Below are positions 37,510 to 46,857 of a stretch of DNA of 64,000 nucleotides, in pieces (within the stretch, counting starts at the first letter, position 1; every line of letters begins with the position of its first letter). The notes under the pieces were generated by a model that searched no databases, had not been told where the DNA came from, and saw only the letters and a program-made list of their open reading frames with translations. The position numbers and the translations under genes were made by a program. The DNA comes from a virus, in the IMG/VR virus record IMGVR_UViG_3300045988_175595, positions 101,597 to 165,596 of that record; one strand, written 5' to 3'.

Positions 37510-38979
37510 TTAAAAATTGCCTCCATTTAATCTTTCTCTTATTGTTGATAAACTTTCTTCTTTTAATAGCTTACCATCTTTAAATACTGGTTTAAGCAAA
37601 TTATGTTGATCTTCATATGCTTTATTCCAACTATAACAATCAGCATATGTTATTTTGTCATTATCTAAATAAACAACACAACAGCCTTTTTGAGATTTTT
37701 TGAAACTGCCTTCTTTAGGATTTTTAAAAATTAGAGTTGGCTTATCATCCAACTCACAATAAGTTGCTTTGATACACATACTAAATGTATCTCTAGTAAA
37801 TGGTTTTAATACGCCATTTTCTTCTATTGCCTGCATTGAAAATGACCCTACTCCTAGAGCAACATTATTACAAGCAAATCCATTAGCTATTAAAATTTCA
37901 TAGATTTCTTTGCAGCGTTGTACAGTTATGCTATCTCCATATATAGCTTTAACATGCGGATCTAAAATTTTATAACCTTTACTATTTACTGTTCCTCCAA
38001 AGATATCCCATAATTTAAAGACTGTCTTTGTTACAACTTCAACGCAATCTCCGCTATCTCCGCGGACTAAAAAACAACCATTATGATTTAATATTTCTTC
38101 TTTTAATTGAGGTAGAACATTTTCTACAATGTTCCAGTAATCATAGCTATCTAACACAGCTGAAAAGCTTGTATTAGGATATATTTCTGTTAAAAGTCTT
38201 CTTAATAAAGTTATTTCATCGCCATCAGCAGAAAAGTTTGAACACATTACTGAATGTTCTGTTGATACTGCTCCTAATAATACTGGTTCTTTAGTACAGT
38301 CACAGTTGTAATTATCTTCTAGATAAATTATTGCTGGAACCGTTGCACTATTTAAGAATGATAGTGCCCAACCAGCTGAGCTCTTAATAGCTGACTGTAG
38401 GCATTCTTGCCCACGAAAACTAAAATCTCCTAAAGCTTTAGATCTAGGTATATCATCATCTACAGAAATATCATAATACTTGTTTACAATATCTCTATAT
38501 GTGCTTCCTACAGTTGCTGAGATCATTGGATGCCATATTTCAGCCGATATAAGTGATTCTAATGCTTGAGGTAACCATGCAAAATCTGGATGTGTATTTG
38601 TAATACAAAACATAGGAACATGTATTGGCACTTTAGTTCCTTCTGGAAGCGATAAAACTTCAATAGGTAAGTAACCTAATTCATGAAGTTTTCTAATTTT
38701 TTCGCTTGAATAAGCTCCTTTTCCAAGACTTGCAGATAAAACTCTATCATATTCATTTACTACTTCTTCTAAATCTTTCTTAAAGAAATATTCAGTGAAA
38801 TAGTCAATGAGATATGTTTTAATAAACCCTTGCAAACCAAACATGACTACTTTTGGCCACATATCTACTCTACTCATTCTTGGAGTAAAATAACTAGCAC
38901 TTTTTGTTATATTTTTTGGTAGCATATCGCTATGACATGCTTTATAAAAATCTATTAATAACATTGGATTTGTTTTCAT
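37510..38979 (-). CDS. Nicotinamide phosphoribosyltransferase family protein (NAMPT/NadV-like, or NARP1 Namat-like)
   Basis: 489 aa with the N-terminal DFYKxxH pattern (LIDFYKACHSD) typical of the NAMPT/PBEF family. Confidence 0.6.
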   Translation of the reverse strand: MKTNPMLLIDFYKACHSDMLPKNITKSASYFTPRMSRVDMWPKVVMFGLQGFIKTYLIDYFTEYFFKKDLEEVVNEYDRVLSASLGKGAYSSEKIRKLHELGYLPIEVLSLPEGTKVPIHVPMFCITNTHPDFAWLPQALESLISAEIWHPMISATVGSTYRDIVNKYYDISVDDDIPRSKALGDFSFRGQECLQSAIKSSAGWALSFLNSATVPAIIYLEDNYNCDCTKEPVLLGAVSTEHSVMCSNFSADGDEITLLRRLLTEIYPNTSFSAVLDSYDYWNIVENVLPQLKEEILNHNGCFLVRGDSGDCVEVVTKTVFKLWDIFGGTVNSKGYKILDPHVKAIYGDSITVQRCKEIYEILIANGFACNNVALGVGSFSMQAIEENGVLKPFTRDTFSMCIKATYCELDDKPTLIFKNPKEGSFKKSQKGCCVVYLDNDKITYADCYSWNKAYEDQHNLLKPVFKDGKLLKEESLSTIRERLNGGNF

Positions 38980-39012
38980 TATAAATTCCTCCTTTAATAC
39001 AAAAATAATGAT

Positions 39013-39294
39013 TTATAGTTCTTTTTCTAATACATTATTTTCATTTAAGATATTATTTTTTATATCTTCAACTATTTTAATATGACCTTTAATAGCTTGA
39101 ACATTAGTATCATATTGTTGTATAACTATCCATTCTCCATTTTTAATATTTTTATTGCTTATAGCAGTTTCATAAGGATATAATGAATATTTAATAAAAC
39201 AAGTACTAACTATAAAATCTTTTATTTTTGTATTTTCAATTTTCATTTCTACATATTCTTTTACTTTTTTGTTTCTATTAAATAAATTAAACAT
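39013..39294 (-). CDS. Hypothetical protein
   Basis: 93-aa ORF. Confidence 0.35.
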   Translation of the reverse strand: MFNLFNRNKKVKEYVEMKIENTKIKDFIVSTCFIKYSLYPYETAISNKNIKNGEWIVIQQYDTNVQAIKGHIKIVEDIKNNILNENNVLEKEL

Positions 39295-39299
39295 AATAT

Positions 39300-39710
39300 T
39301 TACTTAATAATTACAGATCCACCCGCATCAATTTCTCCTTCATGCTTTCCTTGGATCTGTACTGATCCTCCACAATCAATACTTCCATTAACATCTCCAG
39401 ATATTTGTACTGATCCTCCACAATCAATAGTGCCTCCAACATTTCCTACAACTTCAACGCTGCCATTACAATTAATTTCTTGTACATCACCTTCAACTTT
39501 AATATTAACAATAGAATTTGAATTGAAAGTCATGTCTTTATCTTCTAATTCTTTTCCATTGACAAAAACTTTGCCATTTACAATGCTAATGTTACCATTA
39601 GCCTGTATTTGTTTTCCATTTATAGTAATTGTTCCATTATTACAAGAAATAGAATTACAATTACTATTAGTTATATTAAATTTACTAAAGAAATCTTTCA
39701 TTATATTCAT
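39300..39710 (-). CDS. Bactofilin-like (polymer-forming cytoskeletal, DUF583) protein
   Basis: Repeated G(S/N)V(E/Q)(V/I)xG(D/N)V beta-helix repeats. Confidence 0.5.
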   Translation of the reverse strand: MNIMKDFFSKFNITNSNCNSISCNNGTITINGKQIQANGNISIVNGKVFVNGKELEDKDMTFNSNSIVNIKVEGDVQEINCNGSVEVVGNVGGTIDCGGSVQISGDVNGSIDCGGSVQIQGKHEGEIDAGGSVIIK

Positions 39711-39717
39711 TCCTTTC

Positions 39718-40530
39718 TTATAATGTAATATCAGTTATTTTACTATGCTGATCATGTCTTAAACTGTTAGTTGTATATATGTGATCAACATAATCAGTTT
39801 TAAGTAAATCACCAGCATGTATATTGTCTTCACAATGAGAACAATAAAAAATAACTGATTTTGCTCCCAATTCTTTAAGTTTTTTTGCAGCAAATAATGT
39901 AGTATAACCTTTAACGCATAGATCATCTACAATAAGTATATTTTTATCTTTTACAATATAATCACCTATTATATCATAATCTGTAATTCTGCCATCATCA
40001 AGATCTCGGTGCTTATTACCCCAGAACTTTGGCAAATCTATTGCTGAAAGTACTTCTGAGTATTTTTTATACGCTCCTACATCTGGCATAAATATTGCAT
40101 CTATATTATTTGCTTTTTCTCTTTCATCATCTATAACTTGTCTAACATAATAAGTTAAATCAAGTTGAATTATTCTTTCTAATGCTCCAACTGATACATT
40201 AGAATGAGGATCTAATACAAATATTTTAGAGAAGTTTAAGCTATTAATAAGCTGTGCAAAATATTTGCATGTAAACATCTGATTATATGTTTCTCTATCC
40301 ATTCTTTCATATGGAATATAATACATATATAGATTAACTTGTGTATTGGTTGGATATTTTTCGTCTATATATTTCTTAAGAAATATTAGATTCATTATAT
40401 CTATTGAATTATCATAAAATAATTCAATTTTTATATCATTATCACAATTTACTGATAATGGTGCGATTTTTATTTCATTGTTTGGAAATAATGAATATTT
40501 TATTTCAACATAATTATTTACTTTAATCAT
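39718..40530 (-). CDS. Ribose-phosphate pyrophosphokinase (PRPP synthetase) family protein, possible ADP-ribose pyrophosphokinase (Adps-like)
   Basis: FVLDPHS (DLHA-like) region and DDLCVKGYTTLFAAKKLKELGAKSV resembling the PRPP-binding loop. Confidence 0.55.
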   Translation of the reverse strand: MIKVNNYVEIKYSLFPNNEIKIAPLSVNCDNDIKIELFYDNSIDIMNLIFLKKYIDEKYPTNTQVNLYMYYIPYERMDRETYNQMFTCKYFAQLINSLNFSKIFVLDPHSNVSVGALERIIQLDLTYYVRQVIDDEREKANNIDAIFMPDVGAYKKYSEVLSAIDLPKFWGNKHRDLDDGRITDYDIIGDYIVKDKNILIVDDLCVKGYTTLFAAKKLKELGAKSVIFYCSHCEDNIHAGDLLKTDYVDHIYTTNSLRHDQHSKITDITL

Positions 40531-40542
40531 TTTTTGTTCTCC

Positions 40543-41163
40543 TTATATTATTTCAATTTGATTACTTTTCATAGCTATTAAAGCAGCTTTATGATTTTCT
40601 GGTGTTGTTCCTGCGCAACACTCTGAATCTACTATTATTTTTGCTTCTGGTAAATTAGCTTTTAAACCAATAGCATTTGAAAGTACGCAAATATCTGTAC
40701 ATAATCCTACTATTTCAATTTGTACATCTTTTCCCATTTCTAATTGAGTTTGAATATTTTCGTCATCCATGAAAAAATCATCATTTTGTTTTGTCAAATA
40801 ATCACAGAATAGATCATCCCATAAATTAATACTTCCAAATGTAGGCTTTTCATACTTTGTAATTCTACCTTCTAAATTAGAAAATAAAGGTACATTTTGT
40901 AATTCTTTTTGAACCTCTTCTTGTAACTTCCAGCCATCTGTATCTTTTATACAGTGTTTTATTGGTAAATTTTTTCCTTCTTGAGTTTCAAGATAATTAT
41001 CAAAATGTGTATCTTGAGTAATAAGAATTTCAGCATTTTCATCTTCTTTGTATTTTTTAATTTTTTCAATAACTTTAGGTACAATAGCTTGTGCCTCTTT
41101 TGTTCCTAATGCTCCATTTATGAAGTCTTTTTGCATGTCTACTACTATTAAATATTTTTGCAT
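40543..41163 (-). CDS. Isochorismatase-family hydrolase, likely nicotinamidase PncA
   Basis: LIVVDMQKDF, a catalytic-Cys region GLCTDICV, and a length of 206 aa. Confidence 0.6.
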   Translation of the reverse strand: MQKYLIVVDMQKDFINGALGTKEAQAIVPKVIEKIKKYKEDENAEILITQDTHFDNYLETQEGKNLPIKHCIKDTDGWKLQEEVQKELQNVPLFSNLEGRITKYEKPTFGSINLWDDLFCDYLTKQNDDFFMDDENIQTQLEMGKDVQIEIVGLCTDICVLSNAIGLKANLPEAKIIVDSECCAGTTPENHKAALIAMKSNQIEII

Positions 41164-41188
41164 AATAAATTCCTCCTAATTATCTTAA

Positions 41189-41503
41189 TTAAAATTTTTG
41201 ATATTCTTCACTATTCATATTAGCTTCTTTTAAATCAGCTTTTTTGAATATTTCATTCCAGTCTTTATATTTATTTAAATTTTCAGCATGAATAAATAAA
41301 TCATATTCAGCTTCAATTTCTTTAGTAGTTCCATATCCATTTTCTGAAGGACAGCTACCTATTTCAAATTCATTATGTCTTTCTAAATTTCTAAATATTA
41401 TAATCATCCCATTGTCAGAATATCTATTCATATGTATAGCAAAACTATCTATTTGTATTAAATTTGTTTTATTTTTAGATATATAAATATCTCCTAATCT
41501 CAT
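41189..41503 (-). CDS. Hypothetical protein
   Basis: 104-aa ORF. Confidence 0.35.
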   Translation of the reverse strand: MRLGDIYISKNKTNLIQIDSFAIHMNRYSDNGMIIIFRNLERHNEFEIGSCPSENGYGTTKEIEAEYDLFIHAENLNKYKDWNEIFKKADLKEANMNSEEYQKF

Positions 41504-41698
41504 TATTATTTTACCTTTCTTTTTTTATATATTCCTTACATTTAATATCTATTCCAATAAAATCAGAATAAATAATTAAACTTTTGTCTGAATTAATTTG
41601 TTTAATAACATCATTATATTCTTTTCTAAGACTGCATACATTTTTATGAATACATTCACTACATTCTCTATTTTCTAATGTCATTAATATCCTCTCCT

Positions 41699-42181
41699 TT
41701 ATTGATTAACTTCTAATATACTATCTTCTGGAATATATATCTCATATTCATTATTAATAACAAATTTGAATATGAGATTATTCAAAAAGTTATTTTTAGG
41801 CTGCATTTGATATTTTACTATTTTATTTTCTGTTGAATTATATCTTTCAATTTCATCTTCAAATAATTCAATGGGTATTATTTCTTGTTCTGTTTCTATG
41901 TTTATTTTATATACTTTTTTATTATCTTTATTGCAAGTAAGCATAGTATAATCTTTGTTGTCTATATTTACAACAGATATTTTATTTTCGAAAAGAATTA
42001 TTTTTTCTTTTTGAATACCTAAATCAGTAATTATTCCAGAAACTATTAATAATAAAATAAATATAATAATACCAGATATTAAACTAAAAAAAATTGATTC
42101 TAATATTGTATTATGTTCATCTTTTATTGAAGAAATAAAGAATATAATTGCTACTAATATAGTTATTATTGTAAATATCAT
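41699..42181 (-). CDS. Membrane protein
   Basis: Two N-terminal transmembrane segments. Confidence 0.4.
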   Translation of the reverse strand: MIFTIITILVAIIFFISSIKDEHNTILESIFFSLISGIIIFILLLIVSGIITDLGIQKEKIILFENKISVVNIDNKDYTMLTCNKDNKKVYKINIETEQEIIPIELFEDEIERYNSTENKIVKYQMQPKNNFLNNLIFKFVINNEYEIYIPEDSILEVNQ

Positions 42182-42340
42182 TCTTTTTGTTCCTCCTTTT
42201 TTGATTTTTCTTCTATTTGTTTTTTAGTAAGTTCATTTAGCATTCTTCTACCAAACATTTGGTAGTCTTTCTTCTTATGGTTTAATAAATCTTCTATAGT
42301 TATTATTTTATTGTCCATAATGAATGCCTCCTATTATTTA

Positions 42341-42634
42341 TTAAAGTTTTTCACCAGTATTAATATCTTTATCATTTTTACTTGAATCCCAAGGATCAAC
42401 GTAAACTCTTTTGAATCCTAATTTATCTAGTTCTTCTAATTCTTCGTCTTCAAAAGTATAATGTTTACTTTGTGTAAATACTCCTAATTTCCAATCTAAT
42501 TTTTCTCCAGTTTCTGCATCTAATACTTTAATATAAGATTTTAAAGAATCTTGTCCATTACTATATCCATTTACAGTTACTAATTCATTTCTTTGTATAC
42601 TTAATATATATAATTCTTGATTTTTATTTTTCAT
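42341..42634 (-). CDS. Hypothetical protein
   Basis: 97-aa ORF. Confidence 0.35.
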   Translation of the reverse strand: MKNKNQELYILSIQRNELVTVNGYSNGQDSLKSYIKVLDAETGEKLDWKLGVFTQSKHYTFEDEELEELDKLGFKRVYVDPWDSSKNDKDINTGEKL

Positions 42635-42700
42635 TTATATCACCTTTTATTCTTTTATTTTGGAAAAGATTTTTATAGATTTGCACCCTTTTAAAACTTT

Positions 42701-43099
42701 TTATTCTTTTTCTATTAATTCAAAATTATCTTCTCCTATGTATTTAAATGTAAATTCATTGTCTTTTTTTATTTCTTGCATATAATAATCTTTATCGCAA
42801 CATTGAAATTCTACACTTTTAGTATAATTATTATATCTTAATAAATAAATTCTGTTACTAAGCGTAACAATATATTCTTCTATCATAGTGAATATATATA
42901 AATTATTTTTTTTAGCTAAATTTAACAATTGAAGTCTATTATTCATTATATCTTCTATTCCTAAAAGTATTAAAAAATAATAATCTTTTTGTTGATTATA
43001 TTCTTTTTTATATAATTGAATAATTTCTTCCATACTAAAAAACTTTTTACTTTGATTTTTTTTATAAATATTTTCTATTAATTCCATATTATCCTCCAT
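42701..43099 (-). CDS. Hypothetical protein
   Basis: 132-aa ORF. Confidence 0.35.
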   Translation of the reverse strand: MEDNMELIENIYKKNQSKKFFSMEEIIQLYKKEYNQQKDYYFLILLGIEDIMNNRLQLLNLAKKNNLYIFTMIEEYIVTLSNRIYLLRYNNYTKSVEFQCCDKDYYMQEIKKDNEFTFKYIGEDNFELIEKE

Positions 43100-43169
43100 A
43101 TAAATAAGCTATTAATAAGTAGCTTAGATCTATCTACTATTAATAGCTTATGTTATTATTTATAGAGTT

Positions 43170-43427
43170 TTAATTTGCAGCAACTTTTTCTTGATTATTT
43201 TTGCAATTCTTATTGATACATACTTTACAAATTTCAGCCTCAGGCTTATCTTTTAACTGATTTATATTAAAACCTTTTTCTGTTATTAACCCATGTTTTT
43301 TACATAGGTCATATTTTAACACTGTACCTTTTTTAAACAATTTTGCTGATGCAGCTCTTAATTGATCTCTTAAATCTTCTCCTGCTAATATACTTTCTTC
43401 TTTTCTTTTTTTAATATTTTTCTTCAT
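43170..43427 (-). CDS. Hypothetical Cys-containing protein
   Basis: CKVCINKNCKNN. Confidence 0.35.
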   Translation of the reverse strand: MKKNIKKRKEESILAGEDLRDQLRAASAKLFKKGTVLKYDLCKKHGLITEKGFNINQLKDKPEAEICKVCINKNCKNNQEKVAAN

Positions 43428-43639
43428 AATATAAAATCCTCCTCTATATTTTGACTAACTCATTTTGCATTAATCAAAAAAATAATATTTTTAAAATAAA
43501 ACTTATTATAAAGATAAAAATTAATCCAACTACTAAACCTCCAATTACTCCAAAAACTATTAATAGCTGAATTAATCTTTTATATCCTTTAGGTAAATAA
43601 TTATTATTCAAATTAATCATCCTTTACCTTATTTATTCT

Positions 43640-43916
43640 TTTTTATATTCTTTGATGATTACTTCTCCTTCTAAGATTCCAAAGTTACTATCTTCTTTAA
43701 AAGAATAATTTTCAGCATTTTCATCTTCTCGCATATCACGAGTAAGAATCCAAAGACTTCCATCATCTTTCCATGTACATTCCTGTAACTTTTATCCTTT
43801 TTCTAAATCTACTTTGGTTGTTCCACCAAAGTTCTTAGCTGCATAATTACAGCCACATAAATTACTTAATATTCCTATTGCTAAGATGCTTGATAGTATT
43901 ATTTTCTTTTTCATCT
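43640..43916 (-). pseudogene. Lipoprotein-like ORF interrupted by an in-frame stop
   Basis: The minus-strand read is MKKKIILSSILAIGILSNLCGCNYAAKNFGGTTKVDLEKG, then a stop (TAA at about 43797), then KLQECTWKDDGSLWILTRDMRED.... It has a lipobox-like LCGC. Confidence 0.3.
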
Positions 43917-44263
43917 TTCTTTATCTCCTCAATATATTCTTTAAATGTACAATCAACTTCTTTGATTATAACTTTTTCTAAGTCTAATCTTAAGTCGTTG
44001 ATTTTTAAAATTAGAGTAGTATTTAATTCTTCCATTATCTTCTTTTGTATTTCTTCACTCTTTAATTGATTATCTTCTTCTATTAATAGCTTACTATTTA
44101 TTTCATTGTATTTAGATAATGTTTGATTATATTTTCTTAATTCAATTATATGATTTATTATTAAGAATATTAATCCTAATCCAATGATAATAAGAGTAAT
44201 TCCAATTATATCTATCATATTATTCTGCCCCCTTATAATCTTCTTCTTTATATACTGGGACAT
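43862..44263 (-). CDS. Membrane-anchored coiled-coil protein
   Basis: 133-aa ORF with a transmembrane segment and a heptad-rich region. It overlaps the pseudogene region in another frame. Confidence 0.3.
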   Translation of the reverse strand: MSQYIKKKIIRGQNNMIDIIGITLIIIGLGLIFLIINHIIELRKYNQTLSKYNEINSKLLIEEDNQLKSEEIQKKIMEELNTTLILKINDLRLDLEKVIIKEVDCTFKEYIEEIKKDEKENNTIKHLSNRNIK

Positions 44264-44762
44264 GAATTTTATATTTTATTTTAGATATATCTGAATTCAT
44301 TTCTTCTCCTAATAATTTATTAGTGAAATCAGACTTTATCTTTTTATCATATTTTTCGATAAACATATCTTCTTTTGTTTCTACTTTTTCATCATGAACT
44401 ATTTCACACTTATCTTTTAATAAGCTAGTACATTCTATTTCTCCAGTATCAGTAGAAAAAGTAAAAACTGTATAATAGTCTTCACTTTCGTTTAGACCAT
44501 AATACATTTTATTAGTTTGAATTAAAACATCTTCTTTTTCTGCTAAACTTTCTATAATAGCTCCAGATATAGCATATAAAATCATCCAAGCAAGAAATGA
44601 TACAATTAAAAACAAGAAAAGTAAAGCTGCACAATCTCCTCTTTTTAAACGATCTCTATTATGCTTTATTTTATCTTTTTTTCTATCATTTATTAAATCT
44701 ATTATAAATATTATATTTATTAATACAACAAAACTTATAATAATATTATTTAACAACCCCAT
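44220..44762 (-). CDS. Membrane-anchored hypothetical protein, paralog of 44795-45316
   Basis: Shared C-terminal motif KLLG...K.KY.IHVPV. Confidence 0.4.
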   Translation of the reverse strand: MGLLNNIIISFVVLINIIFIIDLINDRKKDKIKHNRDRLKRGDCAALLFLFLIVSFLAWMILYAISGAIIESLAEKEDVLIQTNKMYYGLNESEDYYTVFTFSTDTGEIECTSLLKDKCEIVHDEKVETKEDMFIEKYDKKIKSDFTNKLLGEEMNSDISKIKYKIHVPVYKEEDYKGAE

Positions 44763-44794
44763 ATTATCACCTCACTTTATAATCTATTAATAGC

Positions 44795-45316
44795 TTATTC
44801 TTCTTTAAACTTTATTTCAGTTCCTACTGGTACATGAATATAATATTTATCATTTTTTATATAAATATCTGTGCCTAATAATTTAATGATAGTATCTGAG
44901 GTATATTTTTTACCTATTGTTTCTATATATATATCAGAATCAGTTTTTACCTCTTCATCTTCTATAATTTTAACTTCTGATTTCTTAAATTGTACTTTTT
45001 CTTTTTCTGTTGTATCTTCATTTTTTATATTTGTTGTATAATAATAATTTTTTTCATCTCTTTCGTTTTCTTCTTTGTATATTCCATAGTATGTTTCTTG
45101 TGTCTTATATACAAATTCTTCTGTATTAGCTGAACCACTTATTGCTACATTTAATATAAATCCTATTAATAAACTACTTAAAATAATTAAAAAATCAAAA
45201 CATAAAAATGCTTCAAATCTATCTTCTATATCATCAAATGCACAAATAATTATAATATTTGCTATTATTACTATTAATAATGTAACACATATTATAATTT
45301 GATTTAATAAACACAT
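44795..45316 (-). CDS. Membrane-anchored hypothetical protein, paralog of 44220-44762
   Basis: As for 44220-44762. Confidence 0.4.
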   Translation of the reverse strand: MCLLNQIIICVTLLIVIIANIIIICAFDDIEDRFEAFLCFDFLIILSSLLIGFILNVAISGSANTEEFVYKTQETYYGIYKEENERDEKNYYYTTNIKNEDTTEKEKVQFKKSEVKIIEDEEVKTDSDIYIETIGKKYTSDTIIKLLGTDIYIKNDKYYIHVPVGTEIKFKEE

Positions 45317-45592
45317 AGTTAAATTCCTCCTTTCAATATTAAAATAGGAATTATTTTCTTAAATTTTCTTTTTCAACAATAAAATTTATTTTTCTCCCCC
45401 TTACTAATAAAGTTCTTTTTCTAATTCTTCTATTCCAGTTTTAATAAGAGTTAATTGAGTTTTTATATATTCCTTATCAATTTCTTCTTTTTCTATATTT
45501 TCTGAAATTTTAGAATATGCATAGCGTATATTTTCTACTGAATTTCTAATAGTATTTTTCTTTTTATTTTTCATACTATTCACCCCTTTATT

Positions 45593-46258
45593 TTATACAT
45601 AGAATTCTTGCATATCATCTAGTCTTAGACAAGCTAAATATCCATCTCTAGCACATGCACCACAATCTATATATATATTATTATTTATTTTGACTATTCT
45701 ATTTTCTCCACATATATTTTTAGTCATAGTATGTCCATATATATGTATATAATCTTTATAAGTTGGCCCGCCTATATTATCTCTATCCCATAGACAATAT
45801 TCTTCTTCTTGTCCACTTATAAAATCTTCTATACTTAACATATTAGAATAATTAGGTAGAACTATAGTAGAAGCATGAGCTAATATATATTTATTATCTA
45901 CTACTTCTACTATAGGTAAGCTTTTAATAAAGTTATAAAATTCTTTAAAACTTACTTTTTGTCTATACATATTTCTTTTTGTATATCTACCACCATTATA
46001 TTTCCAATCACTATAATTATAATCTAAATTTTGTTCTATATATTCTTGAAACATTAATTCATGATTACCTTTTAGTAAATGAATACATTCTTTATTCTCT
46101 AATATATGTTTATATATTTCCATACTATATAATCCTCTATCTATAATATCTCCTAATATATAGAGTTCATCCTTTGTTGTGTCAAATTTTATTAATTCTA
46201 ACATAGATATATATTTATAATATTCTCCATGTAAATCTGACATTACATATTTACTCAA
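45593..46258 (-). CDS. Ser/Thr protein phosphatase (lambda-PPase-like calcineurin-fold metallophosphoesterase)
   Basis: SDLHG, GDIIDRG and GNHE motifs. Confidence 0.7.
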   Translation of the reverse strand: MSKYVMSDLHGEYYKYISMLELIKFDTTKDELYILGDIIDRGLYSMEIYKHILENKECIHLLKGNHELMFQEYIEQNLDYNYSDWKYNGGRYTKRNMYRQKVSFKEFYNFIKSLPIVEVVDNKYILAHASTIVLPNYSNMLSIEDFISGQEEEYCLWDRDNIGGPTYKDYIHIYGHTMTKNICGENRIVKINNNIYIDCGACARDGYLACLRLDDMQEFYV

Positions 46259-46276
46259 TTATTCTTTCCCTCTCTT

Positions 46277-46777
46277 TTAATAGCTTATATTTACTCTATA
46301 AACTATATCTTTATAATAAGTTTTTCTTATATGAATAAAAAAGTTATCTATTAATCTGACAACCTTTTTATCACTTTTATATTTAAATCCATTTCCTTCA
46401 TTATCCCAAAAAAGACCGTCATAGCGATCTTTAAACTCTTTTTCGCCACAATATGCTAGAAGAGTATGACTTATAGAATGTTTATTATCAAGCCAAAAAG
46501 AATAATCATTTGTTTCTTTTTGAATTTGATTTAATATTCTTCTTGCTTTTGGATCAAAATATTTTAATAATACTAAAACTGCTTGTAAATCATATTTCTT
46601 TTCTTCTTCATATTCTGATTTACTACCTTCTATTAAGTCTCTTACAGCTTTATTTATTTTTTGTTCTTCTTTCATATTATCAATTATATCTTTTATATTA
46701 TTTTCTTCTAAGATATTATTAATATCTTTTTCATTATTATGTTCTCCATCATATCTTAATACTTTTAATTTTATCAT
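46277..46777 (-). CDS. Hypothetical protein
   Basis: 166-aa ORF. Confidence 0.4.
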   Translation of the reverse strand: MIKLKVLRYDGEHNNEKDINNILEENNIKDIIDNMKEEQKINKAVRDLIEGSKSEYEEEKKYDLQAVLVLLKYFDPKARRILNQIQKETNDYSFWLDNKHSISHTLLAYCGEKEFKDRYDGLFWDNEGNGFKYKSDKKVVRLIDNFFIHIRKTYYKDIVYRVNISY

Positions 46778-46857
46778 GAATTTTTATCTTTCTCCTTTTT
46801 ATTATATTTATATATAAAAATAAGCCATATAAATTATGACTCCTTTAATAGCTTATT

